DNA from: Microthyrium microscopicum
Taxonomy: Eukaryota
Length of the DNA stretch: 64,000 bases
Reading direction: 5' to 3'
Assembly (NCBI GenBank): GCA_010405405.1
Contig: MU004236.1
Location: forward strand, 62,001-126,000
The notes beneath the pieces are model-generated. The model ran no database searches. It saw nothing but the letters and a program-made list of their open reading frames with translations, and was not told the origin of the DNA. Every line of letters begins with the position of its first letter. The first letter of the stretch is position 1. The position numbers were made by a program, and so were the translations under genes. Below are positions 47,447-61,075 of the stretch, piece after piece.

Positions 47447-49201
47447 TCACAAACTAGCTTTCCCTTGAGTCTCGAAAGGCAGGATCGCAACCAGCAATCC
47501 GGCCACAATGAAGAGAGCTCCGCTAGTATATACCGGTGCAGCCGTATTAAGATTCGCAAACATAGCAACAATAGGCTATCTACGTTAGTATGAGAACGAA
47601 ACGAATCATTAGAAGCAAAACTTACAGCCATGATACCGAACACACGATTCGCAGTAGCAGTAAGAGCATTACCAGTACCACGATCCTTGGTAGGGAATAT
47701 CTCAGGGGTATATCCGTACAACACAGCATACATGATATTCGAAAAGAAATTGAAAGCACAATTCCATCCCAGAAGCGCCGCAGAAGTGACGGCAGTAGTC
47801 GAGCAATATAGAAACACGCCTGTGAGAATTGTCGAGACTGCAAGCGTTCCCTTCCGGCCAAATCTAGGAATTTCAACTAAGATTCCTCCTAGAATGGCAC
47901 CGGGTACACCTAGGACTGCGATGATAAGTGAGTTGCGGTATGTGAGATATGTTGAGCCATCTCCGAACTGGGCGCCCTTGAGGTTCTGTATGTATGGTAG
48001 GAAGGCATTGTAGAGCGGATACCCGAGACCTATGAAGGCCCATACGGCCATTATAAGGGAGGTAGATAGGGCCAGTGTCCGTGTGGCAAATAAGGCTTTG
48101 ACGTGAGATAAGTTGACCTTTTCAAGTCTTCTTTGTATAGCAGCGGTAGCAGCAGACTCGCCCTGATGTATACCATGAATCTCGCCGAGAGATCTGAGAT
48201 CTTCTACTCTTACTGATCTAGTTGTTAGCATGGTTCCGTAAACGAGAAATCAGGTCCTTACGCTCAGATGTCTTGCCATTTCGTCGCGCAACTTCATGGA
48301 CAATGCGAACGGCTTCTTCGTCGTTTCCTTTGCCCATCCAGAACTTCGGTGATTCAAAGACTGTGAAAAATCCGAACCGGACGATAAACTCGATGATTGA
48401 GATACCGCCCATGACGATCACAAAGTACCGCCATCCCATATTGTCCGACTTGGTACATATTTTGGCCTTTTCCTGGCATGTGAGATTTCCTAACAGCGGC
48501 CAAGCAATCAACGTCGCAACAACTTGAGCAATTGCCCAGTCAATGGACAGAATCGTCAACAGATATTGATGTGTTCCAGGCAAGAACTCCAGAAACACCG
48601 CTGAGTCAACCGGCAAATTTCCACCCACGCCGAAACTCCAGAGCGCCGCAAACGTTCCGATAGCAGCAAAGTTTGGTGATCCGGCTGCGATCATACCAAA
48701 GACACCAGTGATACCTAACGTCGCATTGAACGCATGTCGTCGACCAAAGACATCCGTACCGAAGCCCCAGAATATGGCCCCGATCAACAGCCCGATATTT
48801 TGCGCAAGGGAGAGAAGAGGTGGCCGACTAGGATGAAATTCGTTGACAATGGGAGTGAGGATGAGTGATGTGACGATGGGCCAGAGGTTATCGTTGGCCC
48901 AGCCGAAGCCGACGACTATGAAGAGCTGCCATTGATACCATCCCATGCCAATTTCTTGAATCTGATTCTCGTTAGCTTTATTTTATTTTTATAACGTGGG
49001 CGTACTAACAGCATGATTCAATACTCGCGCTTTAGCCTCGTAGACGGGATCGATGGTGCCTTTGGGAATAGCTCCAGCATCATTGACACCTAATTCATCG
49101 AGTCTGGATTCCTTCTCGATAGGCACCTTTTCTCCCGTAGCCTCATATTGTTTCTCGGCAGCCGCATCGCCAATAGTTTCCAGGTGTTTCTCGGAAGACA
49201 T
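47447..49201 (-). CDS. MFS transporter (SV2-like), 4 exons
   Basis: IDPVYEAKARVLNHA|IQEIGMGWYQWQLF, DVFGRR, GGNLPVD, FESPKF and YTPEIFPTKDRGTG. Ends TQGKASL*. Confidence 0.92.
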
Positions 49202-50406
49202 CTTTTCCTGAAATGCGAATTCAGCCAGGATCCATGTCTCGTTGAAGATATCAGCAGAAGGTGGGTGTTTAGGTCATTTAATAATCTAAAGGTATAACAA
49301 GTGATCGACACTAGATATGTGCGAATCTTATCGTTTCCCAAAGGTCCGGGCGGCTTCCTTGTTTATTTCGTGACACTGCAGCGCAATTGCGACATGGTAT
49401 GGGGAATAGTTCAAGAAACCCACCATTCAACGGTGCATAAGTGCTGCGAGTCCGTTGGAATGAAGCGAGAGAATATGCAGCGGACCGCAAGACTGTTTGC
49501 AGATCGGCACACGACCCCCAGTCGCTCTGGTCTGCCTCGTGGGGTGGGCGGGGTGCTTCTTGGCTGATACACGAATAAGATGGTTGATTAAACGAGGCTG
49601 CTTGGGGGGAAGGGAGAGGGAGGGTGCTAAGGTCTGGATGACTTCAGCACTTTGGTAAGTTCCGAGGATTGTGGAAAGGGCAACTGTTGGACGAAAGTTA
49701 AAACAACTGTTGTGCTCCCATAGACCATGATATGCCACCTACAGCGCTAATCGATCGAGTGCTTTATTTTCCATCTGGAGCAGTTGAAACTCGGTGATTC
49801 AATGATTTACTGAGAACTTGGCGACTCTGTCGTAGCGATTGTCATGGGACTAACGTAGTTGATAGAGTAGGATGGGGTAAGATTTCTCTTTTGATTCAAG
49901 ATCTTGTGAAAAGGGCTCGACATGGCCCGATATGGAAGTACGTAACTTTTACTGCCGCAGCAGTTTTATGCAGAATGTCAATGCAAGTTTGATCGAGTTA
50001 CAGACTATTCCACATCGCGTAATACGGGCAAAATATTTCAACATGTTGATGTATTCAAAGTAGTCAAAAGCCACGACAAAACTAGCATCACTAGTATACC
50101 CAAGAGTCGCAATAATGGGATCCGGTTGAAAGGTACGCTGCGGATACAGCCGAGCTGGTTCAGCCTGATAGACATCACGTTCCGATTTTAGGTACCAGAT
50201 GTAAAGTGCAGCTCCACTGAAACATGGAACCAATCATACATTCATTCAATCATAGAAACATACATTAGAAACATACATTAGAAACCCATCATGCGTGGAT
50301 CATAATTCATACATAGACATAAAAGAAGGTGCCTGACAAAGGCGAAGTTAATATGTATAATTTTGGTTTGTTGTGCCTCCACCCGCCCATAATCGGCGCG
50401 TTGCAC

Positions 50407-52079
50407 TCAGCGCCAGCTAAAGATGTTGCCATTGAAGACGCGCTTCAAGTGGTCTGATACTTTTCGTTGATGTCTTCGTGGAGGCGGATTGTTGGCACGG
50501 TCAAACCAGCGTCGGACGCCAAAGTTTTTACCTCGCGCAATCCATGGGGCTGGCTCTTCGTCTTGTGGCTCCAAGGTGTCCAGTATCAGTGGCTCGTCGC
50601 CAGGAAGGTCTACCGGGCTGAGTTTGCAGGGGACTTCCATTTCCTCGGATGCAAAAGTGGCTGGATGGAGAGCCAGTGGAGGTTGTAGACGTGGTCTTGA
50701 GCGCTCTTTCCGCCGCAGTTTCCGTAGAGGTTCTAATGTGCTTTGCCAGTCGCCATTGCGTAGACTAACGTCCTCGAACGAGAACTCGATCAAGGTTTGG
50801 CGGTGATTGGTGATAAAGGAAGCGACCTGTTCCGAGTCCATTATTGCATTTTCCATGGTAAGGTACTGTAGTTTGAAAAAGCGCATAGATCTTGGAGATA
50901 CGGGCCGCTGGGAGTCGCTTTTGGGCGACGATGGCATATGTGACTTTGCTTGCCAAATTACTGAGTTTGCATCCGGGGATATGGGAGATGGGCCTTTCTC
51001 TCTACCCGACCAGCGGAAGGAAAGATGTGTAAGAGAGGTAGAAAAGGAACGTAGATATGACTGGATGACACTCAGGTTTTCCTCCATCCTATAAGTCATT
51101 GGTGTGCTGTCCACTTCCAGACTTAGCTTTTGAATTTGTGTCCATCGGCGACAGGAATTTGGTGTTGAGCCGTAACTCAGTTTTGGTTGAAGGCACAAGA
51201 GTGCAGTCGGGTGTAAAGATCGTAATGATAGACTAGTGAGTGCATCGAGTGGAGACCGTTCGATTGCAATACGTAGAGATATCAATGTATAATCCGCTGT
51301 ACTCTTTCGATATCGTGGCGACATGTTTTGGTCCGGAGAGAATATTGTCATATGTTCAATGTTAGGCATGGCAGAGAAAGCCCGAATGAAAGCCGGTATA
51401 TTGGTTGCAGCATGGAAAATGGTTGGATATTGTCGTATGAGAAGATCAGTCATCTCCCAGCTTCCATATTTCGGTTCCTTATTTTTGATAGGCGACTCGA
51501 CTTGCGGCTTGTAGTTGAAGCTCACTTGCTCTCCAGTAAATTGATCCAAAAGTGGCGGAAGAAAGCTGTCACCAGAATGTGGCACATTAAAAGTCAAGTT
51601 TTTGACATGTTTTCCAATTCGTCTGAGGTACAAGGTCCGACTTCCTTTGAATGTACTGGCTTTGAAAGTAATGGTCAAATCCTTGAACAAAATTGGTGTG
51701 GTGTTTGCCGCAAAATTGTGGCAAACAAGGCGCATTGAAGGCAGAGTATCTCGATCCACATGTTGAAGAAATGATTCTCTGCAATTTTCTGACATCCAAA
51801 ACTTGAAAAATGATGAACTCGAAGATAGTACAAGATTGCATATCGAGCTCTGTGAGCAATTGGCTGTAGGAATGCCACATCAGAATGCGGACTTGTACAA
51901 ATGTTGAGTTGGTTAATCTTACATTGGTCGATCGAAGAACTGGATATTTCCCCAAACAGTAATGTCCGCGTGGACTGATCCACCGAACTACCCACAGAAC
52001 TGAGAGTCGTCGCACTGGTTGCTGTTATGTCTGAACCACTGCGAGAAACGCTGGGACGAGCAGCATCAAAATCGATCAT
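50407..52079 (-). CDS. Conserved fungal F-box-like/LRR-like hypothetical protein (intron 51864-51922)
   Basis: The intron joins MIDFDAARP… in frame to the 462-aa ORF. F-box-like segment (FLQHVDRDTLPSMRLVCHNFA) and conserved-looking KYGSWEMTDLLIRQYPTIFHAATN block. Confidence 0.75.
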
Positions 52080-53136
52080 TTTTGCAATATCTTCAAAAGT
52101 TCAGCATGGAAATAAGGTCGGCAATCAGGGCAAAGATTGGGATCGAAGATTCAGAAATCGAAAATGGAAAGGGTTCGGCAGTGCCAGCCTCCTCAGGCAT
52201 CGCAGGCGAGCCATCTTGAGCGAATCTGGCTGTGTTGGAGAAGCTTCCACACGTGAGACGCAAGTATGAGTCAAAGGGATTGTCGAGAGAGGACCAAACG
52301 CGAAAGCAACGCGAAAAGACAGACTTTATCACGACTATGTCGCGGTTGAGGGGTTATATATTCGAGCGCGCGGTGAGGCAAAAAGATGGATGACTGGTAT
52401 GACTGGACTTGTATCTGCGGGGACAGGTTCCAAGTGCTGCAAAATGTTGAGCTTTGAGGAGGTTGGTCCAATGGCAAAGTCGTGATACTGTAGCTACTGC
52501 GCCTGTCTGCACCTCCTGCAGCTAAGTCTTTCTCGTCCAGGCCCAAACCCTACCAGTCGGAGACGCGCCCCACGCGTTCAACGGCTTTCAAAAACATCGT
52601 ATACGCGTGATGCCGGAAAAAGGGCCAATCCAAGTGTGATGTTGATGAATCTTGGTGGATAGCAGGTTGTTAATGCTGAAACAACCGTCAAGCAGACAGG
52701 GGTAGAGCACGCGGCAAGTCCCATCCAAGCCATCTTCGACCGTCTAACTTCATCTCTTCATCCTGTCAATGGCTTAGCAATGTCATTGTTGATACATTGC
52801 GCAGGTACTAGGACCCTTGGAACGTTCAGTACTCATCAATTGGGCTCAGTAATCCTAGTTTTATGTTCCAGAACTGCAGGCCAGCTAAGACCCTGTGAAC
52901 CATCAAGCGCGAAAGCAGAAGTAGCATCCTATGATTCCTATTGATCATGTATAGCTAACATACTCGCTGCTACTCTAGAGCGCATCATGGCAATGGTGCG
53001 TTGACAAATAGAACATACATAATCACGAGTCAAGTCTTTGGAAAGATTTAGATCCGAGAGTTTGAACATCTCATTGAAACTATTTACTGTCGGCCATCCA
53101 GACTCCACAGGAATACCCCCCGACTACATATTCACT

Positions 53137-53223
53137 ATGTACGTGGACGACATCATCGTAAACAACTTCTTACAGTCCACGCGGACGACATCATCATAAA
53201 CACTATCCTATAGTCCACGCGGA
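53137..53223. repeat. Imperfect ~38-bp direct repeat, ~2.3 copies
   Basis: GGACGACATCATCRTAAACA occurs twice and AGTCCACGCGGA twice, downstream of the Clr2-like gene. Confidence 0.6.
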
Positions 53224-53299
53224 GGATAACAAAGCCAGTAGACTCCCGTAATCGAAGCAACGACATTATGCAAACATGACCACCTTTCTTCCACCACCT

Positions 53300-55491
53300 C
53301 TAACCAGCTGTCTCATCTGTTCGTCCCACACCGACATTGTCAGATGGATCAGGTGAGCCTACTGGAGTGGAAGACTCAGGATTGGCCATATCGTACTGAT
53401 GCACCAATGCACCATCTTGCGCAGGCTGCTCCAGGTTATGGCCGTTGCCGTTGTATTGTCCTGTCAAGCCCGGTGTAGCATACTGCATAGGTAAGCCTGT
53501 CATGTTTGGCATGAAATTTGAGGCACCCATTTCGCTGAACTGCTGGTCAGCCCAAGCAAGGTTCTCTGCACTATCAGCTTCTGAAAAGCTTAACAGCGGA
53601 GAGTCTCCATAGCCACTACCCATCGGGCTTGGCGGCAATGACCTATTCATCTGATATTCTGGTGAATCCGCTGCGAATGAAGAGTACTGAGGAGTGGACA
53701 TTGCCGGTCCTGGACCGTATGGAAAAGGAGGATGACTTTGGATGGCTTGTGGAGGAACTTGGCGACTGTTTTGATACATGCTTTGGTTGCTGAAGCCGTC
53801 TGCGTTTCCTGATGTAGCAGTGCCTTGTAAATGGGGCACCAGCAGGCCATAATCATTATCGGAAAGGGGAGTCTGAATTGAGTGTTGCGCGGCTGGATAA
53901 GGTGCTTGACGGTAAGTAGACTTTTGGTTGCGACTGCTATTAGCTTTTCGTGGTGGACGAGCAACTAGATCGGCAGTTGGTTTTGCTTTGCCACGTGGAA
54001 CCGCCCGATGACCCGGTTTGCCTTGTGAAGGTAGCTGTAAATGTATAGGGACTGGAGGGAATTGCGGGAATTGTGGGATATGGTAACTTGGATTGTGGTT
54101 GAGTAATTTGCTTGCATGGTTCGATGGACCGGGAAGAGTTGAAGCAGCCACAGCGAAACGGCTAGCGACTGGAGCAACGCCATTGGGACCATTTGACTGG
54201 TAGACGGAGTTTTGGCCGCCATTTGGTCGGGTATCAGCTTTTGAGTTGCCTTGCAAAAAGTTGTTGGTAGATTGATCGCGCATGGGAGAAGGCAATCCTG
54301 CAGCATTTTTCGAACTTGAGGCAAATCCGCTGGCTGCCACAAGATTTGGAGTATCCGGCATATAGCTACGATCTTCAACGAAAGTATACACAGTCTCCTT
54401 CTTGGCCATTCCTGCTGCTGGGTTTTGGCTCTTTGGTTCCTTTATACCACCTGATGCTGATAGGGCCGTACGCTGCTCGGTACGAGCTGCATTGCGTTGT
54501 ATTTCAGTTACGATGTCATCCAGAGAGTACTTCTCCAGAGTTGGTCCTAGCTAAAGCTTGTCAGTGAACAATTCTGATAGAGCGATAGCTTGATGCGACG
54601 AAAACATACCATTGACCAAAAACTCGTTCCTGCTGGCCGTAAGAGAGGATCGTACATGGGCATGCCCGGTCCACTAGGAAATACCGTCGTACTCAGTGAA
54701 TCTGTTTCTCCTCTATCAGCATCAAGACCATCAAGCGACGTTAACATAATCACGACTTACTGTGTGGGAGTAACAAAACCGCTTCTGAGTTGTGACCAGG
54801 CAATGTACCACAAAGTGAGCAATTACACTTGGATGGGCCTTGATAACCATGAAGAACATACTGCGCAACTCCAGGACCTTGGAAAACGAACTGCCCCATT
54901 TTCTGGCGTGATTCAAGGTAGTAAAGCCAACTCAGATGCTTCGTAAAATCTTTCAAAGATTTGAAGCACTTGTGGCTTGGATGCCCGATAATGTGGAAGG
55001 TCGGCTGCGTACGCGGTTAGTATTTGAACAGCAAAACTTAGAAACGAAGAGTATTATTTACTTCAGTGTCTGTGGATGATGGCAAGCGCATGACCATTTC
55101 ATATGCAGGAGGTAATCTACTCAGCACGTAGGCTCCTTTATCTGCTCGTTCCAGTCAGTGTGTGCTTTACGTCGAAGGTTCCGTGAATCATAAAGCTTCT
55201 GGGAGGCACGAAGGTCTCTGGGAGTTATGAAAGGTTCGGAGTCTTCAAGACAATGGGCAACTTACCATGAGCATCTGGCCAGCCGTAAGCTTTGGCTACT
55301 TCGGTGCCCAAAATTTCAAGCCCATAGCGCATAAGTGCCTGGCTAGAAGCATCTGATAGTCTCAAGTCATCATCGCAAGCGCCACCTTCATAGTATCGAG
55401 CGTCAGTGACCTTTGGGGTACGGAAGAGCAGATGGATGCGGAAAGGGCGTGACTGCGCTGAAGCGGAGTTTGAAGAGTTGGGAGTAGTCAT
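53300..55491 (-). CDS. Clr2 N-terminal-like (cryptic loci regulator 2) domain protein with long low-complexity tail, ~630 aa (introns 55142-55265, 55005-55061, 54702-54760 and 54551-54609)
   Basis: Four GT-AG introns keep one frame from ATG 55491 into the 369-aa ORF. Spliced motif order YVLSRLPPAYEM…IIGHPSHKCFKSLKDFTKHLSWL…CNCSLC matches the Clr2-type LP.GY/GHPS/F..H..WL/CxCxxC pattern. Confidence 0.7.
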
Positions 55492-56055
55492 TGTCGCTCA
55501 GGAATTTGACCTAGACTGTGAACAGCTTTTGAAGGAGATGTAGAAGTGATTATCCAGGCCAAAAGGTGCGATGTGGAATATGTGGTATCCGGGTTGAGGA
55601 ATGAAGGATGGGAACGAAGGTTTCTCAGTGGAGGTGGATTTGAAGAATATCTACCGATGGTGACATTGAGGCAGGAGCATAGGTAGTTTACGAGGTTGAT
55701 ATCAAGCTCTGGACCTGTGAAATGAGGTGCAACGATCAAGTCATGTGGCGAAATTGAAATCCACCTGCTGAATCTCTAACACCTCACAGTAATACGTAGA
55801 CTATATGCGTCCTTGGCAGACTGAAAGTGTTCACATTTGTAGAACTGGAGATGGAAAAGCTGGGAGTTGTAGTCTGAGCGAGCTAGAAGCAACGGCATTG
55901 TAAGATATCTGAGCCGGAATGATGACGGAGCATCACCCTGCCAATAAGTCAATCAATGAGCTAGATAAAAGTAGGGATACACAAGTATAGCAGTAGTAAC
56001 AGATTGACTACATGGCCTCGTTTCTGTCCAGTATGCTACCAGGAAAACCTCGCTT

Positions 56056-57274
56056 TCATCCTCCACCAACCTCCACCAAGACTTTGGCATGATTAGCTTT
56101 GTCTTCGATGAGGGACTTGTATCCTTCTTGCTCTATCTCGTGTATTCCAACTGTCTTCGTAACGAGACCATCAGGTTTCAGCCTTTCCTCTTTCAGAGCC
56201 TTCAGCACAGCTTCGAAGTCCTTGTGTTCAGGAGCCGCAGTTCCAACGTAACGTCTTTCCCTAAACACCAGCTTATTGATATCAAGCGATGCTGGACCCT
56301 CCCAGACGGAAACACCAACGATGGTACCGCGAGCGCGAACAGTACGGAATGCAACGTCGACCGCGGGTTGAACACCAGCACATTCAAAGGCGACATCTAC
56401 GCCTCCAGCTCCTTCGCAGAGCTCCAGTGTGCGCGCGACAACATCGTCCTTGGATGGATCCAAAACATGGGAAGCACCCATCTCGAGAGCGAGAGTCTTG
56501 CGCTTGGCAGCCATTTCCGAGAGGATAATATTCTTGACTCCAATAGATCGAAGACAAAGAGTAATGGCGAGACCGATCGGACCTCCACCAAGGATCAGAA
56601 CGGTATCAGAGGCTTGAACATTACCATTAGCAATGGCACGCATAGCTACAGCAAGAGGTTCCACCAGCGCTTGTGGGTATTAGTGGACCTTGTCTGATAA
56701 GTTGATATGCAGCGAAGATACATACCTCCAGTTCTCATCGAAACGTTATCCGGCAGATGGTTGAGATAGTTTTCTTCCACGACGATATGCTCAGAGAATG
56801 CGCCTCCAAATCCAGATATCCCTATGAAGCCATTTGAATAACAGGAATTGAAAGAACCAGCTTGACAAGCACCGCAGGTTCCATCGTAGATTATCGGCTC
56901 AAGAACAACTCTATCTCCTACCTTGTAGTGTTCAACGCCGTCGCCTACCTCTTCTACAAGCCCAGACATCTCATGGCCAATCCCAACGGGAACCTTTTCT
57001 CCAGTTATTTTGTGGGCGGTAGTTGGAATTAGCATGGGCCCAATGAGATATTCGTGCAGATCTAGGACACGTTCTCAGCTCGTGGTATGTTTCCCTTGCT
57101 TTAATCATTACCTGTTCCACATATGCCAGCCCAGGCAGGTTTCACCTAACAATCGTTACTTGTATGCGACTACAGTTGGGGTGTTTATACCTTCACGTAT
57201 CCCTTCTTTACTTCTGGGATGGGAATATCATCAAGCCTTAGATCCTTGTTGCCATGAAATCGAAGAGCTTTCAT
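56056..57274 (-). CDS. Zn-dependent medium-chain dehydrogenase, 2,3-butanediol dehydrogenase-like, 4 exons
   Basis: MKALRFHG, WAGICGTDLHEY, GHEMSG, structural Zn site DGTCGAC…C, ALVEPLAVA and GGGPIG. Confidence 0.92.
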
Positions 57275-59553
57275 AGTAGGCGCCATACTTGCTGGAGTAG
57301 AACGGAAAGATGATGTTACACTTGAAGCTCGCAGCTAAAAGCAGATAGTGTGTAAAAGCTGATGCCAGAATCTTTGTTTATTGATTACTGCCAGTTTATC
57401 TTCCTTCAAACGAAGTTGGACGAGCGGTAGTTACAGGGCGTGACGAAACCATTGCCCCTCCCCTCGATGGATACCATCATCATGACATCCAATCGAAACA
57501 TGGATCTACGAACACAACGCCTGAAGATTCCATTAGGCCGGGCCGTCAACTCTTGTCGTTCGTAGCGGCTACACGACATGACTACTCTTCCGATTCAAGG
57601 ATCGCGAGATTTCCTTGCTTCACGAGCATGCGCTAAAAAGGCTGCCCCTTCTGTAGTAGAGTTGTTCCAAGCTTGCGCTAGAAAAAGGTCTTCGACATGG
57701 AGCGCACACGGAACGTTGCCAGGCAGAACACTCTCAAAGTTCCAGAAAGTTCAAAGAAGCATGGAGGTAAGTCATGTAGGCCATTGGTTAAGAACGAAGG
57801 ACCAGTCATAAGGAAAACATTTCAAACTTCAAAGCCTGATGGATGGGCGCAAAGGAAAGGGTCTCCTGGAGATTTAACTGACGAACTGCTTTTTAAGCTA
57901 CCGCCAATGATGATAACTTCTTCCATTGTTTGTTTTTGACGGGAGCGGAATTGAACTGTAGCGCTTGCTCTAGCGGATTCAAGGCTTTAAGATTATGATG
58001 TGAAGAGAGGCGCTTACGGTAACCCGTCATTTCCGATAAGAGCCGCCTTGAACTGCTGTGGCAGTGCAATTCGCAATGCTGCCAATGCAGCAATGCTGGA
58101 GAATATTTCGAAGACTGGAGCGGTTTGCAGAGCCCCATCAACGTCTATTGATTGATCATCAACTTAAGGAAACAGATGAGCGACAGGGGCACTGAGCAAT
58201 GTAGCATGCCTTTGCTGCACCTGCAACAACGACCGTTGGCGAATCATGAGTTTAGTGTGTTAGATACTGACATGAATTTGTAGGTAGTCGTGGAGTAGTG
58301 AAGCGAATTGCAAGCGACAAACATGCATCTTTTCTTCCCTGCCTCCATGTGCGGCCGCTGCCGCTGATGTTTCGAATCAATTTGCCGTCATACATGCCTT
58401 TGCAAGAAACATTGCAGTGAAAACTGGCTCAAAGAGTGGATGATTTCCTGCGATTTCCTGCGATTTCCGGAATACGCACAGTGTACTCTTTTGGGCCAGC
58501 CAGGTAAACTAGGAAGATCTCAATATACCAAATGCGGTAGCGTCTACAAAGATGAGTAGATCTGGGAGAGAATGTAACGGTCGGAGAAGATGTGCTCTCG
58601 TGCTCATAAAGGCTGGCGGACTCGTTGCGCGAAAATCAGTGGTTGGTCAGGGAAGTTTTGAAACGAAAATAGCGCCACAAACCCCTTTTTAGCCAGGGGT
58701 ACCAGATGTCAAGCAGAGCTCGCGAGCCGTTTGGCTGTTTTACTCCATCTTTCCAAGCCGCTTCCGTCAACACCACTTTCCCAATCCAAGTGCTCGTTGG
58801 CGATCCTTGGTGCAAGATTATCTCCTTGGCTCTTTGTTGTCCTGATTCGTATTATTGGTTGCTCTGTGCTTGCCTGAGATTGCCTCCAGCTCTGTCTCAA
58901 TGATTTTGTATGGAGGCATATCCAATCAGGCTGGGACTTAGTAAATTGCCTGAACGATTTGGCCAAAGGTATAACATTTGCATTCGTCATTCGCGAGGTT
59001 CTTGTGATCCAATGCCACGATAAGCTACGGGACGGAGATATTGACTGTGAGCAAGGAGCCCAGTGCCACATTATCGAGAGTGAGAGAAGCCAAGGTACCA
59101 CGCCGCGCATGGCTTGAGGCGCTGAACGACCAAAATCCCGTGTGTCTGGTTGGCTGTGTATCGCGAGACGGACAGGCGTAAAATTAAGCGTTGCGCCTCA
59201 GCGGCGGATCACACTTGTAACTGTTCCCTTTTTGTGCTGGTGTAGTTCTTGGGACAAGGCTCTGCAGCGGTGGTGGACCCCCGAAAGATTGCATCTCGCC
59301 CGTTCATCGTGTGCCTGCATTTGCTAACAGCATACAAAAGCGCCTGGCCGCCTTCTTCCCTTCCTTTTACACCAACACCAGCTTTACTCTCCAGTCCATT
59401 CCAGTTTCCGTTTCGCCATTTGACTTCGGTCGTCCATTCGTTGAATATCCAACTACAGTCCACTCTTTGATTCAGAGCTAGTTCTCTCCTGCCAGTTTTT
59501 CGCAACCAAAACAACACTAAACCAACCCAATACCAACAATCAAATCCATCAAC

Positions 59554-60113
59554 ATGAAGTTCTCAATTGCCATCTTTGCCGGTGTTGCCGCCGCCCACTC
59601 TTCCGGCTCATGGCCAGCTGCATCCGGTTCCTGGCCTGCATCCAAGGTTGATACACCAATGACTACCAAAGTCCTCTATGAGACCCACTACCACACTGTC
59701 ACTGCCTGCCCATCAACCGTCACCAACTGCCCAGCCGACGCGACCCAGGTTGTCACTTCCATCATTGAGGCCGGAACCACCATCTGCCCAATTGAAGAGG
59801 AGGAGGCCACTGCTACCGCAGCACCAGTCTACAACAGCACAACCTGCGAGAGCTTGACCGAGACCTGCACTGTCACTGTCACCGCTAAGAAGTCCGCAAG
59901 CTGGGGTGTCAACGCTACTGCTATCACTGCTCCTGTTGCAGTTGGCACTGGCACTGGGTGAGTCTAGCCAATCTTCATTTGCTCAACTTGATACTAACAG
60001 ACCGTAGTACCCCCGTCACACCCACCCAAGCTTACTACAGCAACGCTGCCAACTCGATGGCTGGCGGAGCCGTTGCCATTGGTGGCGGTCTTCTCGCTGC
60101 TCTTTTCTTGTAA
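59554..60113 (+). CDS. Secreted Thr/Ser-rich, probably GPI-anchored cell-wall protein (intron 59958-60007)
   Basis: Signal peptide MKFSIAIFAGVAAA, TVTACPSTVTNCPA…VVTS…TTICP motif, and tail SNAANSMAGGAVAIGGGLLAALFL*. Confidence 0.88.
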
Positions 60114-61075
60114 ATATACCCGGTTTCGCAACTCGACAAGCACGGCTTTCCGATTGCTCAAGTCCGTCGCGTGACAAAGGCGCGGACTCTGGAAATACTC
60201 GAGGCTACAGTCAAGGCTTTTGGTCCTTAAAGAGTCGCCAGTCGACAAATATTGTTCTCGCTATCCAGCCCGCTCATCCAGCGTTTGGGAGCTCGGAAAT
60301 GCTTGGGGCTGGGCTCTGTAATATTAATGTGTTTTCCTCTGCTGAGGTTGAGTTTTGAGCTTTTGCTCCTGTAGATATTTTGCGTGAGTTACCAACAGGT
60401 ATCCTCGAAATTAATGAATCAACTATTCTCGAGTCTATTTGTCTTTTACGATCCTACTGTGGCAAAGCGCTATTCGTGTCAGGTCACGCAGAAAAGTATG
60501 TTTTCTACAACCAACTGATGATGTGAAGTTGACATAACCTAGGGCGACAAGGAATGCAAAGAGGGAGCTGCCTTTCAATCACTTTAGAAGCTAGAAAATC
60601 ACTTGACCCTTTGTCTTACCTCGGAATATGATCTCGAAAACATAAGTCCACTTCTGGAAACTATCGTCCGGAAACTGAGTGCCTCACGGTTTCGCGGCAT
60701 TTTGGGCTGAAAACTGGTCCGACTCCAATGAAGCCATGTATGTACCAGAGTATCAAAGTTCAAAGTACTAACAAGATCAATCGTCCTGGCATCCGTTTCA
60801 ATTACCCAAGTTGTTCAACGATACTGATTTAATTGCCAGGGAAAGACGAAGTTTTTACTTGACATGGTCCTCATTGCGAATCCACCCCCGAGACTTACCT
60901 ACCTAGTTTTTCACTATGGGTTAGGTATTTATGCTTTTGGTTTATCATTAAACATAATCATACAGGTACTACCTAGCAGCAGCATCTAGCTCCGGCTCTC
61001 AAATACAGCTCTCAATGTTTCTTATCAAGTTCATCCTTCAAGGTGATCACAACCACATTGCTCATTAGACAACTT

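Noticed and set aside
50254..50285. AGAAACATACATT tandem duplication (similar short tandem GATTTCCTGC at ~58442)
   Set aside because: Two to three copies only; ordinary slippage repeats.
59995..60007. Alternative CAG acceptor at 60000 that would give a GPI-less isoform
   Set aside because: The CAG overlaps the CTAAC branch site and is too close to it; the TAG at 60007 gives the intact frame. There is no evidence of alternative use.
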